Positions 1 through 14,119 of a DNA stretch of 64,000 nucleotides are shown one piece after another. The notes beneath the pieces were generated by a model, which did not search any database, was not told the DNA's origin, and saw nothing but the letters and a program-made list of their open reading frames with translations. The DNA is from Gnetum montanum. Lineage: Eukaryota; Plantae; Gnetophyta. A program made the position numbers and the translations under genes. Position 1 is the first letter of the stretch; each line of letters starts with the position of its first letter. The DNA is taken from assembly GCA_015680685.1 (NCBI GenBank), contig MNCI01000542.1:623889-687888 (forward strand). The letters are read 5' to 3'.

Positions 1-1585
1 CAAGATCAAACTCAATACTACTTTGTAATAACTTGTTGCTATTGCATGGATAGACATCATGGATGCCATCAGCATGATGAGTCAAGCTGAGTTGAAGATC
101 AAGTAGCTACAAATTAAATATTTAACTCACTATCTTAAATTGAACAATCCTAGAAACTTCAATTTGACTAGATCATTTGTCATTGTTCTTTCTTCATTGG
201 CAATGCTCATCTTCATTAGAGCTTGATGATGAAGATAATGAAGAAGTAGGAGAGCCATGCTAGCTTACCCTTCTTCCATGCTATGTACATTCATCTCTTA
301 GTGGCCCATTAGAAGACCTAGTTCTTGAGGTCCTCCTAATATTTAGTCATTTTTTCCTTCTTTCTTGATTATTAGCCAAGACTAAGCATAGCCATGAATT
401 GGTCATATCATCTACATTGAAGGGGAAAGAATTTTGATGACTAAATTTACTTAAATAATAATTTATGTTCTCATTTTTTGACTGTGATGTTAATTAAATT
501 ATAGCCCTCTTTCGCTTAATGACTTCATGGTATGCTTCCATGAAATAATTTTCCAGCAATTAGGCTTCAATGGAATGATAGGACTTTAACATCTAATTAG
601 TCACCTATAGTTACTAACAATTGCAACCTAAACAATTAGGTGGCAACACAATGTTTTTTTCAAAGTTCCTTCATCACATTTGATTATCTTGGTGAAGGAT
701 AAAGATGAAGTCCAGAGAGTATGGATTTACATGTTGGTAGATAACTCTGATTTGATGTAGTACACTGTCCATATTTTTGGTGGTTCTATCACATTCCTTT
801 ATAGAAACATCAATATGTGGAAAATTAAACTTGCAAGAAGAAGATATATTTATTTATTGTATATGTGTTTAAATAAAATAATCTTCTTTTCTAATGAATA
901 AATTATTTAAGTCCTAACAATGATCATTTATAGTTCTAACTATATAGATCACTAGCACCAATTCTTGACAACGACACCAATGATGAACAATGAGTAGTTT
1001 TAATAGTCAATCATATAAATCATGAACAAATGCAAGTGACTTGATTGTAATTAATGGACTAAACTAATGTGATACCTAGATAGCCAAGTGTTTGCTCGTA
1101 GGTCACTATCTTCTTAGTTGTACTAATGTAGCTCTTAATGCATATGGTTAAGTACAATTAAGACATATGATACTAATGTTCTTATGTTTATGACTAAAAT
1201 ATTATTAAAATATAGATATTAATTATAAATTATGCTAATGTATAAATTAAGGACTAATCTATCCTAGGTAATAAGCATTCATTCCTAGTTTATTGTACAC
1301 ATCTCATACTCATTCAATCATCATTGGGCTACTAAATGATTATTGTTGGGCTAACCAAGTAAGAGCACTATTGGGGTTACTAGACGATAAATATTATGAT
1401 CAAAACCAATTATACTTATGCCATCATAACTATTGTATGGTTGATTGTAAATTACTTCTTTAGTATGCGTAAATGTAAACATTAAACTAAGTTGCATTTG
1501 AAATAAATTCTATCAAATATAAATTATATGCTATTTCAAAATATTGTAATGGAATGGAATAATCTCAATCTTTATTGATAGTCTT
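1..1585 (-). mobile_element. Decayed Athila-like LTR retrotransposon fragment (partial 5' LTR ~981-1585, PBS, internal 5' region)
   Basis: Minus strand reads ...TTCATCA T TGGTGTCGTTGTCAAGAA T TGGTGCTAGT, the same LTR-end/PBS layout as 57111-57145. 1555-1580 matches LTR sequence near 60553-60577. 200-300 encodes a Ser-run like the one at 47070-47130. Confidence 0.7.
962..979 (-). promoter_or_regulatory. Degenerate primer binding site (tRNA-Asp type)
   Basis: TGGTGTCGTTGTCAAGAA versus Athila consensus TGGCGCCGTTGCCGGGGA; all differences are transitions. Confidence 0.7.
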
Positions 1586-1938
1586 ATGTTAAACCCTAAA
1601 TTGGTTCAATTTTTAAATAATTATTCTTGTCAAATTCATGCATTTCAATTGATTTTATTCTAGATTACATATTGTTAATAGTTTGATTAGTGTTTAATTA
1701 ATGTTTATTTTAGTTTATTGTATTGCAGGTTATAATTGATATAGTTATAATGTGAGTATAATGATTATAATTATATATAAATATTATAAACATTATATAT
1801 GTGTAAACTATATAAAAAAATTATATATTATGTTAATGTGATTATAATCATATATTATTAACTATATAAGCATTAAACTTTAGAATTAGGGCAATAACTT
1901 GGTTAACAGCTCCAGGGAGTGTTGCAGGCGTCGAAGCT

Positions 1939-2175
1939 CTCCCGGATGGACTCGACTTGCTGCACAATCTCACGCTGCTGTTTTCCCTAAACACAACCGT
2001 CTCACCGGCTTTCTTCCTTCATCATTGGCCACATCTGCAGCCTTACAAAGCGTGCTCTCGGCTGGACCTCCTTCTACGGTAGCATCCCGCCAGAGCTGGG
2101 CAATCTTTCCGGCCTTCACTAACAACAACAGCCTCAACTGCAGCGTTTCGGAGCAGATAAGGCAACTGCAGCATC
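1939..2175 (+). pseudogene. Captured fragment of a plant LRR receptor-like kinase/protein ectodomain
   Basis: Frame-shifted pieces translate LPDGLDLLHNLTLL / KHNRLTGFLPSSLA / FYGSIPPELGNLSGL (2072-2116) / NNSLNCSVSEQIRQLQH, matching the plant LRR consensus LxxLxxLxLxxNxLxGxIPxx. Confidence 0.85.
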
Positions 2176-2200
2176 CCCCGCTTTATCCACGCAGACAGCA

Positions 2201-2326
2201 GGTCTACGGCCAAACCTCTACGCAGCCACATGCCCCGGCATTGAGGGAATTGTATCAGTGGCCGTCTCCGCCGCTGTTTTCGCGCAGCCTCAAATGGACG
2301 CCTCGTTGCTGCGTTTGCACTTCCAT
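2201..2326 (+). pseudogene. Captured N-terminal fragment of a class III secretory peroxidase
   Basis: Translates [42 protein letters not shown], matching the YxxTCP...ASLLRLHFH(DC) signature. Confidence 0.92.
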
Positions 2327-2506
2327 ACGCCGTAGATGGCCTGGAAATCTGGTCTGCCGTAAAACAGTGGATCACCGACTACCTCTTGTCTTTTTTGTCC
2401 AGAAATGCCTTGGTATAGCACTTGATCTTGCTAATGATATTTCTGCGCCAGTGTCTAGCCTGCACTACAAAGACGACGCTGGTTTTAAAATCGACACAGT
2501 GGTGGC
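2323..2506 (+). pseudogene. Captured lipoxygenase fragment, interrupted by a ~65 bp foreign insert
   Basis: [21 protein letters not shown] (2323-2385), then SLHYKDDAGFKIDT..WW (~2457-2505), matching plant LOX YPYAVDGLxIWxAIxxWVxDY..YYxxD....DxELQxWW. Confidence 0.9.
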
Positions 2507-3239
2507 CCAGAATGGCGGAAAGCTGGACGAATATTTAGGGCAGGAAATGAAATATCTGCACTATTTGATCAAGGCTCACTGCTCTTACAACCCTTGCCCG
2601 ACCACGCTGCTCGCTACTGACCACGTCGTTGCTGCTGCCATACTCGGTGCTCCTCCATGTCTCACTGCTGCCTTCCACCATGCCATTGTCAAGGATCCCA
2701 GGACTCGAAACCGTGTGCCTCTACCGGTGAAGAACAGCAAAGCAATGAGAAGCTTCATTTTCTGAAAATTTGGATCTATTTGTTAGGTGATACAATTTCT
2801 TTCCTTAAATGATGCATTTGGATACCTATCCTTAAGACAAAAAAAATGATGCCTTTAATGTGCTAGTTGGATGATATTTATGCACTAGATACATTGTATT
2901 TGTGACATCATATGGGAACATACAACATTGTAGCTACAACATTATAACACATGCAAAAAATGCTTCACCAACTTTTCAACTAAATAATAAAAGGCATGAA
3001 ATTTTAAATACTTATAGATATTTGAGAGTAGAATGCTTTCAAAATTATAAGTAGAAACATTGTATATTATAGATGGAAGACTTTCTACAAAATGAAGAGA
3101 AAATGTTGCAATCATAATATTTAGACTTGGACAATTTGAAAATATGTTTTAAAACAATTGTACAAATCATAGTTTTTTATGGATGTGTGGTGTGGGAACC
3201 AAGTCTTGATTAAAAATCATAGAAAAAAAATTTAAAAAC

Positions 3240-3475
3240 TTTAAAAACCATTTTTTGGGATGAATTCAAGATGAAAACTCACAAATCATGCACAGAAATG
3301 GGAAAGAGTATATTCCCTCACCCTATGACAAAATTGAACTAACAAACTTTCATACGTGGATGTTGACATAATTAATAGACATCGATGAGATGAGTGAGGA
3401 GATTAGCTTGGATGAAAATCAAGAGGACCAAGATGAGTTTGAAGCAGAGCACGAACATGACATATTCAGAAGGGA
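3240..3475 (+). mobile_element. Possible remnant of a hAT-like transposase C-terminus
   Basis: SPYDKIELTNFSYVD followed, in another frame, by an acidic tail DIDEMSEEISLDENQEDQDEFEAE. Resemblance only. Confidence 0.25.
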
Positions 3476-6400
3476 TCTTTTCCAATGGTTAGCATTGCAA
3501 GTAACCATTGGCAACTCCACACCTCCTATGTCCTCTACGAATTAAGTTCCTTAGTATGCACATTTGTTCTCTACCATCTTCATCTCAACACCTATTATAG
3601 TGGCATACTAGCCTCAACTATCCTCCCATTGCACCTCTTTATTTATGACTATGCCTTTTGCAATCGAATCTCGCTCAGTGCTCTCGTCACTAGTGATGTC
3701 TACCATGCCACATCCCTTCGTTGTACTAGTGGGGCCCTCTTTGGGACCCTAGGCTTCACAAGGCTTTCACATCCCTTTTGTCCCCTTTGTCCCTTAGGTT
3801 TCAACCCAAACTTCATTCTCCTTGTTCAATTCACCTACTACTATGATCACCTAGCCCCTCCTATCTATACCAATGCCTATTGCATGGCCTTAGGTCATTC
3901 AATTTTTCATGCAATCATCAGGTCAAACTCCACAACCCATAGGAATCCCCCAAGGACTGGAGCAAGCCTTCCAAATGATCTACGACCTTAGGGAAGAGCT
4001 GTGAAAGCTTAAGGCCTCCACTACCAAGATAGTGAAAACCATGGACTTTTATGAAGATGAAGGTTTCTAGGATTAGTGAAGGAAAAGCTATGAATGATTT
4101 CTTTATAATCTCTCCTAGGCCTTGCCTTCATCCAAAGTATTCTCTATCACTTACCATGCAGGTCTCTTCAATCCTAACCCAAACCAACAAATCCAAACAT
4201 GCACAATGTTTAAACAACATACTCTTTATTTTCATCCCTCTAAACATACCTTTAATTGGGTTAGGTATCAACCTTCTTCCTTACACGTATAAAAGATAGA
4301 ACTAAATCCTTGGATTTTCCCCAAGGAGACTTTCTGGTATTGGTGGAATCTATTTGGACATAACCCTGCCTGCTATCATCCCTCTTATCTAAATCACTTG
4401 TATGGACACTGCAATGAGCCAAATAGAGATTATTTATTTTATGGAAACTTTGAAGCTTAAAATGCTTACATTCAAAGGTATTCTAAACCTTTTGCCTATT
4501 ACCTAACCTCTTGTGTCTCCAAGTGCCTCAATTGAAATGCCCCCACACCATTTTTCTTTGTATCATGATATCTACATTACTTATCATCATGATATCAATT
4601 ACCATTGTGGTGTCTACTCATTAATGGCTCGCACTCTATAACTTGGGAATATTAACCCAAGAATTCAAGCCATGCACCAATTTAGAGGCTCTATCAAAGT
4701 CTTCTACATGTGTTGAGGACTTACCACTTCCTTAAATCCAAATATCTGAGACTCTCCTTATCCATACAATGAAGTGGGATCACATGATAGCTATCGTTTC
4801 CCAGGTGATGCATAAGAATCCATCCTTTTGAGATTCGCCATACTGTATAGTGCTTTACTTTTCTACAAGCTACTTTTGTAAAAGTTACTTTAAGCTATCA
4901 AGCACTGACATAGTGTAGGCTTTGCTATAATGCACTGAATACAGTGCCTTGAAGCCTTGGACTTCAGCTATAAATTGATGTTAGTAAATTAGTCCTATTA
5001 CCTCATAATAACTCTTCCCACAGGTATTCTAATTTCACACTTCACTAAATACAATGACGAGGGTGATCCTAATTCACATCTCATTATCGTTTGTTTCGAT
5101 TGCTAGTTGTTACAAGCTTAACCCCATACTATGATGCACATCTTCCCTATATCTCTAACTAAAAAAGCTTTAGATTGGTATCATGTGTTAACTAGAGGCT
5201 CTATAGCCTCTTTAAAGGACTTGATTTTGTGATTCATTAATCTTTTCAAGTATATCTTGAAACCCAACACCACACTAGACTAGCTTATGAAGGTCAAATA
5301 GGGTCTCCTTGAACTTGTTCAAAAATTCATATAGAGATGGAACACTACCCTCAATGAAATCCTTGAGCCCATCTCTAGAACATATTATTTGGCCATTTTC
5401 AAGGGGATAATCAATGATTTTATCAAGTCCAAGCTATACTACCTAGACCTCGGTTAGCTAAGCCTTTTTCTAAATCAAAAACATAAAAGACACCATAAAA
5501 GCTAGTAATGGCCTAGTCTATGTAACATACAAAAACCAACATATGAGAAAGGATAGGAACAAGGGAGAAAAGAACCATGTAGCTATGGACATAGTGGCCA
5601 AAGAAATGAAAACCACGCAGCAACCAAGGACAATGCAACCAAAGTCCCCTACTGCCATTGCTCAACCATTGACATTAGGTGCTTTGACCTCTAATCCATA
5701 GAGGCCTAGCTTTGAAATAAAAGACTAGTCTAAATTTACAAAATTACCCATGAAATCATATGACCTTCTTGATTAGTTATTCAAAAATGGCTATACATAG
5801 TCCAAACAACTAACTGAGAATGTCAGCAAAAGGCATGATTGCTTGTGTGAGATTGCTAAAGATCCCACTGTGGCTACCAAAGACAATCCACCCATGCCCA
5901 AATACTAGACTAATTTTGCCATTACCACTAGCTTCCTAGCCATGACATTGATTTTTACTTGGTTTTAAAAGATGGTTTGCAGAAAATGATAGATAGTGGT
6001 GAGTTGATCCTAGACACATCCAACTGAGTTAGGCCTCAAAACCAACACATGTAGGTATACATAGATCCCTTAAATGCTAACAATGATCAATACACAATAG
6101 CCACATTTAATGTTAGCAACAATCTTAAACCTACTAGGGAGTCATTTGTAATTTAGGTACCTCCTCATGACAAAAGGGCTTCAACTTCATCAAGTTCAAG
6201 AACTCCTTTTTTCATAAGGGTACCATCACTTGTGCCTCCAAAAGAACCATTTGTAATTAGAGTGTTCCCTTCCATCATTGTTAAGCCCACAACCTAGGTT
6301 GATCAATGTTCTCCCGTGCTAGCCAACACCTCAACTTCTTCACAACTGAATGAAAAGAAAGCACCTACAAAACAATGTAAGAAGCTAGCTCCTAAGCTTA

Positions 6401-8239
6401 AGGCCAAGGACAATAAATAAGAAAAGATGTGGAAGAAAGTGGGTCCACCAAAGCGTACACCTATTTTAGCTATTCCCATGAGCTCTAATGCTCAAATCAC
6501 TTCAACTAGCTAAACAAGGAAGGATAAAAAACAACAAGAAAAGGGAATGTGGCCTAAACAACAAGCACTTAAACATGAGGTCAAAAGATTGTGTAGAATG
6601 AAGGAAGTCAAGGCAAATAAAAATGAGAAAATAATTAACAATAATAAAGAATTTCTTACTACCATGGAGAAGGTTAAGCTCTTGCATAAATAGAAAAACA
6701 GCTCTTTAAGTTTATATGACCTAGTGATGATCTCCTCTACCCACGGTAAATCTTTAGTTAAGATGTTGATCTCTATTTTTGTTAGTGAAGATATTCCTAC
6801 CAATAAGGAGTCTACTCATGCATTGATGGTGCCTCCTTCACCTAGGGAGGAAACGAAGTCAACTATCTTGAGATTTTGGAATAGTGAGGTAAAAACCAAC
6901 TCATAAAGTGATGAGGTATCAAGAGCCCCTCTCCTCATAATGATAAAGGTTGATCAATACAAAGTACACTAGGTGCACGTTAATGACAGTGCTGCAATGA
7001 ATGTTACACCCTTTCCCATCATTGAATGTTTAGGCTTATTGAAGTAGATTTAAGACATCTCCACTTTTGCACTTAAGTCCTTTAATGAGTCATAAGTAGC
7101 AGAGAGAGGATCCATTGTGCTAGACTTTGTTGTTGGAAAACAATTCCCTACATCTGCTAATTTCTTAGTGGTGGAAGGAACACCATGTTTCAACCTAATT
7201 CTTAAGAGCTCATGGTTAGCCAAATTACAAGTAGTCTCTTCCTCGATCCATCAAGAAATTCATCTACCTTATGAGGGAGGCAAAATTATAATCCATAAAG
7301 ATGGCACAGTTGCCTTGTTTGTTAACAATGTTAACATAGAGCAATTATTTGAGGTGGAGTTTCAGGAAGAAACTCCCACCATCAAGAACGAAGTCACAAA
7401 CCATGATAATGTTTGCCAAGCCAAGATCAACAATGATAAGGTCACAAACAAATCATGGGAAGAACTCCTGATCAACATTGTGAGTGAAGGGAATGGAGAA
7501 TATAAAATTGTACAATACAGACCTTACACATTCCATAATCTTTTGAAGATTAAGAAGTAGTTGCACAATTCAATACTCCTATCACTTTTAGTTAACCTTG
7601 TACCATATTACGTAGCCTTGTTATCAAGTTTTATTATATTAATGCTCTACTTTATAAATCTTTTTATCCTTGTTTTATCTTAATTACCCTTTTATTACAT
7701 ACCATTTGTTTCACTTTTGCATTAATTTATAATTTATGCTTATTTCCTTTGTGCTTACATAAAACCATAAAATGATATAAAAAATGAAAAAACACAAAAC
7801 CAAAAAAATAACCTACCAAGGTCTAAAATTGGTGACTTGCCAAGGCTTAAAATTGATAATTTTATGGCCTTCCCTTATGTCTACCTTGAAAGGTATGCCT
7901 TGTATTACATTTTTACCTTATTCAAACTTTATTTCGCAACCCTGCTTTTCGAATTTGTAATTGGTTATGCAAAGAAAAGTTTGAAACAAAATAAAACAAA
8001 AAAATATGTAAAAGGTTTTAAAAACAAGAGAAATTTTTATCTCATAACGAAGAATGTCCAACACCAAGAGCCATGACCACACTATGTGATGAAATAGTAA
8101 CAAAGAAATAAATATATATAATAGTAGCCATAGTTACACTGTGCAACATGAAAAATAATAAATCACATAGTCTCCAAGGCTATGACAACATAAAATATAA
8201 AAAATTAAAACACAATAGGCCAAATCAAATATGCTAAAA

Positions 8240-11200
8240 CTAAGATGTAGGAGAAGGAGGAGGATCATAAGCAACATCATGTTCAATGTTCTCATCATCA
8301 TTGTGTGAGACCTAGAAACAACAAAAATATAAACAATTAGTAACCATCATAACCAACACATAATTGTGAAACCATGAGAAATAAATAATCAAAAATATAA
8401 AAAATACAACATAAAAACTTTGAACATTTTTACACAAACCTTTGGGGATTTTGGATCTATGTCTTCAAGTGCAAATCTTTGAAGACTAGCCTCTAATTGG
8501 TGAAGAATTTGTTCTTTACTCATGTTTGCCCAATCAATGTCTCCTAGATCCACTCTTGGAAGAATCTTTCCTCTCGCTATGCTAGTCCACTTAGGTGGAG
8601 GATAGGGGAAATTAGTAGTGGTAGTTTTCCCAAGTGTAGTAGTGTTATGAGGAGTAGGAGACTTAATGGACCTATCTTCTACACCTATCCCTTGAAAAAA
8701 TAACTCATACTTATGCTATGTCATGGCTATCTCATGCCATGATTTCATGTAATTTTCATTCTCCAACTTGTAAAGCTTTTTGTGAGCCTTTTATTTTCTA
8801 TCCCACTCTAACATCCATGCACAATAATTGTGCCATTCCTTAGACATTTGAACCAGAAGCTCCATTTGCATGTCCTTCTCTACATTGCTCTTGGCTAGAG
8901 CAACCTTGTTTTGGATTGTGTGCCAATAATGGGAAATCTCAATTTCTTTAGTATGCAAGGAATTCCTATTGCTCACGTGTGCCTTTATGAATTTCTTACA
9001 GTCCTCAAGGCTTTTGACTTTGTTGATTAGCTCCTTGTTTTGCTTCCTCAATGCTACAACCTCCTCTCACAAGAACTCATTGGAACATTGAACTTTTCAA
9101 AATTTTTTTGCACAAGTTGTAGCACATTCTATGGCTCCTTCATACAACCTACATGGAATATTCTCAACATTTGAGGGCAAGGTAGGAAACTCATCAAATT
9201 CAAAGTCTCATGAAGAGTTCCATTTTATTTTAGAAACTGCAAGAACACACAAAATTACTAAAAACATTTAAAAAGTTTAAAAAAACATAAAAATCTATAA
9301 TCATACAAAAAAAAATGAAAAACAAAAATAGAAAAATCAAAATACACAAAGTAAAAAGCACTTTAACATTTTCATTACTAATATCAAGAACTATTTGTTG
9401 CAACTTGTCTACCATATCATCCATCATTTTCTTCATGAACTCTAGCTTATCTAGAGCCTCTATCCATGGCTTGGCACAAAATGTGGATGTAAAGGCTCTT
9501 GAAGAAGGTTCAAATCCTATAATGGTTGTAATAGTTAGAAATTAATTACAATGAGATAGACAAAAAATTTAAAAATTGATGCAAGAACAAAAAAATTAAA
9601 ACATAAAACAAAAATTATTAAAATTAAAACTCACCAAGAAGATCACAAGATAGGTCATTAGAGGACTATTCTTTGGAGGAAAATCATCTAAGATGGAATC
9701 TACAACATCGAGAGCCTCTCTGGTTGCTCCATCCTCTTCCTTATTGTTCTCTCCTCCTCTGCAGTAGCTTTAGCAACCAGCTCATGCACTTTCTTTGCAA
9801 CGAAACAAAACCATAAAACATAAAACCAATTAACAAAAATATAACAGAAAATATAATTAAAAAAATAAAAAATAAAACTAAAAAATGTGTTTACATACCT
9901 CCAACATCCTAATTTCTTGGGTGTCTACTTAGTAGGAGCTAAATGTGGCCATCAACATGTGGCCTCTTTATCTTCTTTTCAGTAGTACCATCTACTTCTT
10001 TGTGTAACCTTTTGGTCTTCTTAACATTTCCATGTGCAGCATGGGGCTCAATCCCCATGCTTTTAGGGGAAAATTGATGCAAACCACTAAGATTATCAGT
10101 GGTAATAGATAGTGATTCTTCAACCTCCTCCACTAGTGGACCTTGGTGACATATAACCTAAGTGATATAATTAGTCCAAGGCCTAGAGAGTTGGAAAGAA
10201 TCATGTGCAGCCCATTCTTCACCTCTCTTGATCACCAAGAACTCGACAAAACTCTTTAGATATGTAAGAAAAAACACAAAATGCACATGATGAATATTAT
10301 TGAAGTTTTTATAGAGCTTTTTGATTTTATCCCTCAAGCCAATAACCAAGTAGGTAGTCCAATCAAATGTAGTACCATTAGTTAGTACCTTTCTCATTGT
10401 TCAAGCCTACAAAACTCCTAGGATTTTCTTTTGTAATAGTAACATGGGAAACCTATCACAGAAAAGAGGATACATTTGATTGGCTTTCTCAATAGTACAC
10501 TTGTTGAAAGTCAATGTTGCACTGAGAGGAGAGTTGAGTCAAGCCTCCAACTCCTCTCTATAGTCTACATCCTTTCCTACTCTAGTGGTCACCTTAGCAC
10601 CACTAGAGGGTACATCAAAGATATCACTAAATAGGGATGCATTAACACTCAACAAAATAGGGTAACATTACCATGAGTAATGAATTTGGTGACATCCTCA
10701 TCAAAGTAGTCAATCACATTCACTATCTCAGCAGGTAACATCATTGGACTAGGCAACATAAACAAATCATGCAAACCTATGTTAGTAAGCCTTTATTGAA
10801 TGTCCATAGGAACATTTTCTACCAACCATTCTTGTGCTAAGTCTAATTTTCCCCACTTGAGTTGAATTTTCTTCTTAGAATGACATGAAATAGTCACATC
10901 AATTGTAGACTTGCACATATAATTTGTTACACAATACAGTGAACATGTTAGCCTCGTAAAGCCAAGAAGATAACAAACAATAAAAAACAAAAATAAAAAA
11001 CATAAATAATCATAATAATAATAATAGTAATATATTAAAATTGTTAACCATGCTAAATAATTTTAGCTTACCAGGCTTAGGTAAGACTAGAACCTTAGGA
11101 TGAGCTAATGTGCATGCTTTCAAATTTGGGCAAGTCCACCACGTGTACACGATTAGTTACTATGATTAACTGGTACATGTTGGAATATCATGTATGGTAT

Positions 11201-11400
11201 CTACCAAACTTAGATTCGACATGACAAAGCACTTGCACCCTCATGATTTCATCTTTCTTGAACTCCTCCAAAGTTGTATGAGCCACAGCTAAGGTTTGGC
11301 CATTTCTCACCAATCCCTTAGGATGTACCCTATGCTTGCAAAAAAATGAAGCATCAAAATAGTTAGAACTAAAAAACCTTAAAATCAAAAATTGAACAAA
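8240..11400 (-). pseudogene. Antisense multi-exon accessory gene inside the PR-RT spacer (plant mobile domain-like region plus coiled coil), decayed
   Basis: Minus-strand exons ~10909-9899, ~9795-9635, 9516-9362, 9236-8440 and 8311-8240, plus an upstream donor at 11071. They are separated by T-rich introns of ~100-160 bp with GT donors and mostly AG acceptors. The last exon is 24 codons, VSHNDDENIEHDVAYDPPPSPTS*. Confidence 0.7.
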
Positions 11401-14119
11401 GATAGCATTTTAAAGCCAAACTTATGATGTCAGTAGATAGATGGTTCCTAGAGGATTTTGGAAAAATGTGTTTCTTCTGTGGCCTATCATCATAATGTTA
11501 TTAGTATTGTACTATAAGTACTTGGGCATCTCTCAAATATGCGATAACCTACGAATGCCCTCATCATAAAAGATACTATTCCTCTCTATCTCTCCCTAGG
11601 TGTTAGGATCATGAACCATGAACTTCAAGATGTAATTGAAAGGTCTGAACACAATAGTTTCTATTATTATACTAGTAATATCCATTGCCAATTGTGAACA
11701 TATGATCACACTAAAATGTTGCATCAAGTACATAAAAAATACTCATGCACTAGGTCTAAACGACACCAAAGTATGGTTGTCAATGCTCATATCAGGGTTA
11801 AAACTTTTTTGTGTGGCTATTCCAATGCAACATAGAATACCAACTAGCTCTACCACCACTACCAAACATAGGTTTTAGCAAGGCCCTATAGATAGACAAA
11901 ACTCACAACAATAAGAACATAAGAAACCATATAACCATTACAAAAAAAAATTAACAAAATTTAAATGAAAACAACCACCTACACCAATACAACTATCTCT
12001 AAAACATAAAACAAAATCTAGCCTTTACCCTTCACATAACATAAAAAAAAAATAGTTTAACATTATCATAGCCTCTTAACATGCAAACCAAAATTTTACA
12101 AAATGGAAGGCCAAGAATGATAATGCTAGGGCTTAATTAGTGTAATTTTTTAGGAGTTTATGGTCAAGCAATTCACACAAGCTTAAACGTTGGGAAGCTT
12201 GAAAAAGTGAAAATAAGAAGTAGAGGATTTCTTAGTTATTGCAGCATAAACACTACCACATCTCCCCACAAAATGCACTAAGGAAAATTAACTAATTAGT
12301 TTTATACCTTGCCCATGACTCTTGGAAAGTTTCACAATAGCTGTAAACCAAGCCTAAGTACCCAACATTGTTAATCTATACCAAGGTAACCAAAACCATG
12401 TAAACAAAATCTAAATTGATTAATACATGATCTTGGAGGCTAGTAAAAACCTCTAAAAATTATAAAAAAATATTTTTAGTTGTAGAGGCAAAAAAAATGT
12501 ACCCAAAAAACTAGAATTGACTATCAACACTATAATCCAAGTGTAGGAAAAATTAGAATTATGCCAGTTTTCAACTGAGATTTTTACTAAGAAGTCCTGA
12601 TTTACAGTGAACTAACTGTAGTAAACACCTCAGGAAAAACTCAAAAAATTCAACAAATTCCAAACTTTGATTGAAATACTCCTACACTATTTTCATCATC
12701 TCTCATGACCCAAAATGTTTAGAATGTGTGCCCAAAACTTTGAGAATGCTGTTAGTTTTATATTAGAAAAACTATGAAATTTTGACAAAATTGGCTAGAA
12801 CACTGAAAACTGGCTTGGTAAAAAATCCATTAAAATTTAGAAAAAATCCTAAAAATATAATTCCACCTTCAGTATCACCATAATACCCAAAATAACATAT
12901 CTATGCATTCAAAATTGCAAAATCTTAGCCTATGCATTCTAGAAAAAATGTCAAAGTTGAGCTAAGATTCATCGAAACTAGGGTAAAAATGCTAGGCATA
13001 GGTTTGGGAAGCAATCCAAATCTCCCTCAATCCATTACCAAAAACCAAAATCTTGGTTCTGATACAATTGATAGGCCTAAATCATCCAGTTGACATAAAT
13101 AGATTGAAAACTTTCAACCTAGATAAGCCTAGAGGTGGAAAACATTTCCAAAAAATTGTGAAAAATTGGAAAAAATGGTGAAAATTTGGTACCTAATAGA
13201 TCTTGATGTAGATCCTTCTCCTATAGTAAGATCTAGAAGACTTAAAATAATGCATATGGCCTCCTCTACCTCATCCAAAATTGGATTTTGATTACTGGAC
13301 CTAATCTTCTTCACCATGGTTATCGACAGCTTCAAATCTTCACCTTGATTATAGCAGAAGAAAAGCCTAAAACTCCTTACCTTGCTACACCAACGTTGTG
13401 AGTAGAGGTGGATGAATGCTAAGATTGTTGAGGATATGTGATGATTTTGGTTTCCAACCACCACTATGGATTCTAGATGCGACACTTAGGACACTTGGAA
13501 GAAAAATAGCTACAATGCTAGAGTTGGATGTAAGAAATCCTCCAATCCTCAAGTGTCTTGAATGTAGATAAGAAAATGTCTTAGGAAATCAAGAGAACCT
13601 TCTTCATGTTGAGTGTGAGATTGTTTAAAGATATGTCAAGCCTTGTATGATAGGTTTTGGTTGAAAGTTTCCATTTTGACCTTGCAAGTCAAGCTTCCTA
13701 AAATAGTGCGTACAACAACTTGGAGAGCTAAAAAACCTTGGTAATACATTGACCCCAAGAATCCTAGCATATTTAGCAAACATATAGAAGGTGTGATTAG
13801 GAATTAACCATCTCAAATACAAGTCATGTTCTCTAGCTTTTTTTATTATTTTAAGAATTTACAACTTGTGTTCTCTAGTTTTTTGATGATTTTGAGATTT
13901 TACAACCTATTTTCCTTAGCTTTTTGTCAATTTTGATAATTTGCAACTTGTTTTCTTTAGGTTTTTATCTATTTTCTTTAAATTTTCACCTATTTTGGAA
14001 ACTTATAATTTATTTTCATTAGATTTTAGTTATTCCAATTATAAAAATATTAAATAAAAATGAATTATTTTTATTTATGCTATTTCTACCCTAGTACAAC
14101 CTTTTTTAACCAAGTTTGA

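Noticed and set aside
2507-2580. NGGKLDEYL...MKYLH as a kinase fragment
   Set aside because: Too short to assign by eye.
1899-2765. 288 aa ORF as a conventional conserved protein-coding gene
   Set aside because: It has a non-ATG start and the recognisable homologies lie mostly in other frames; treated as a mosaic instead.
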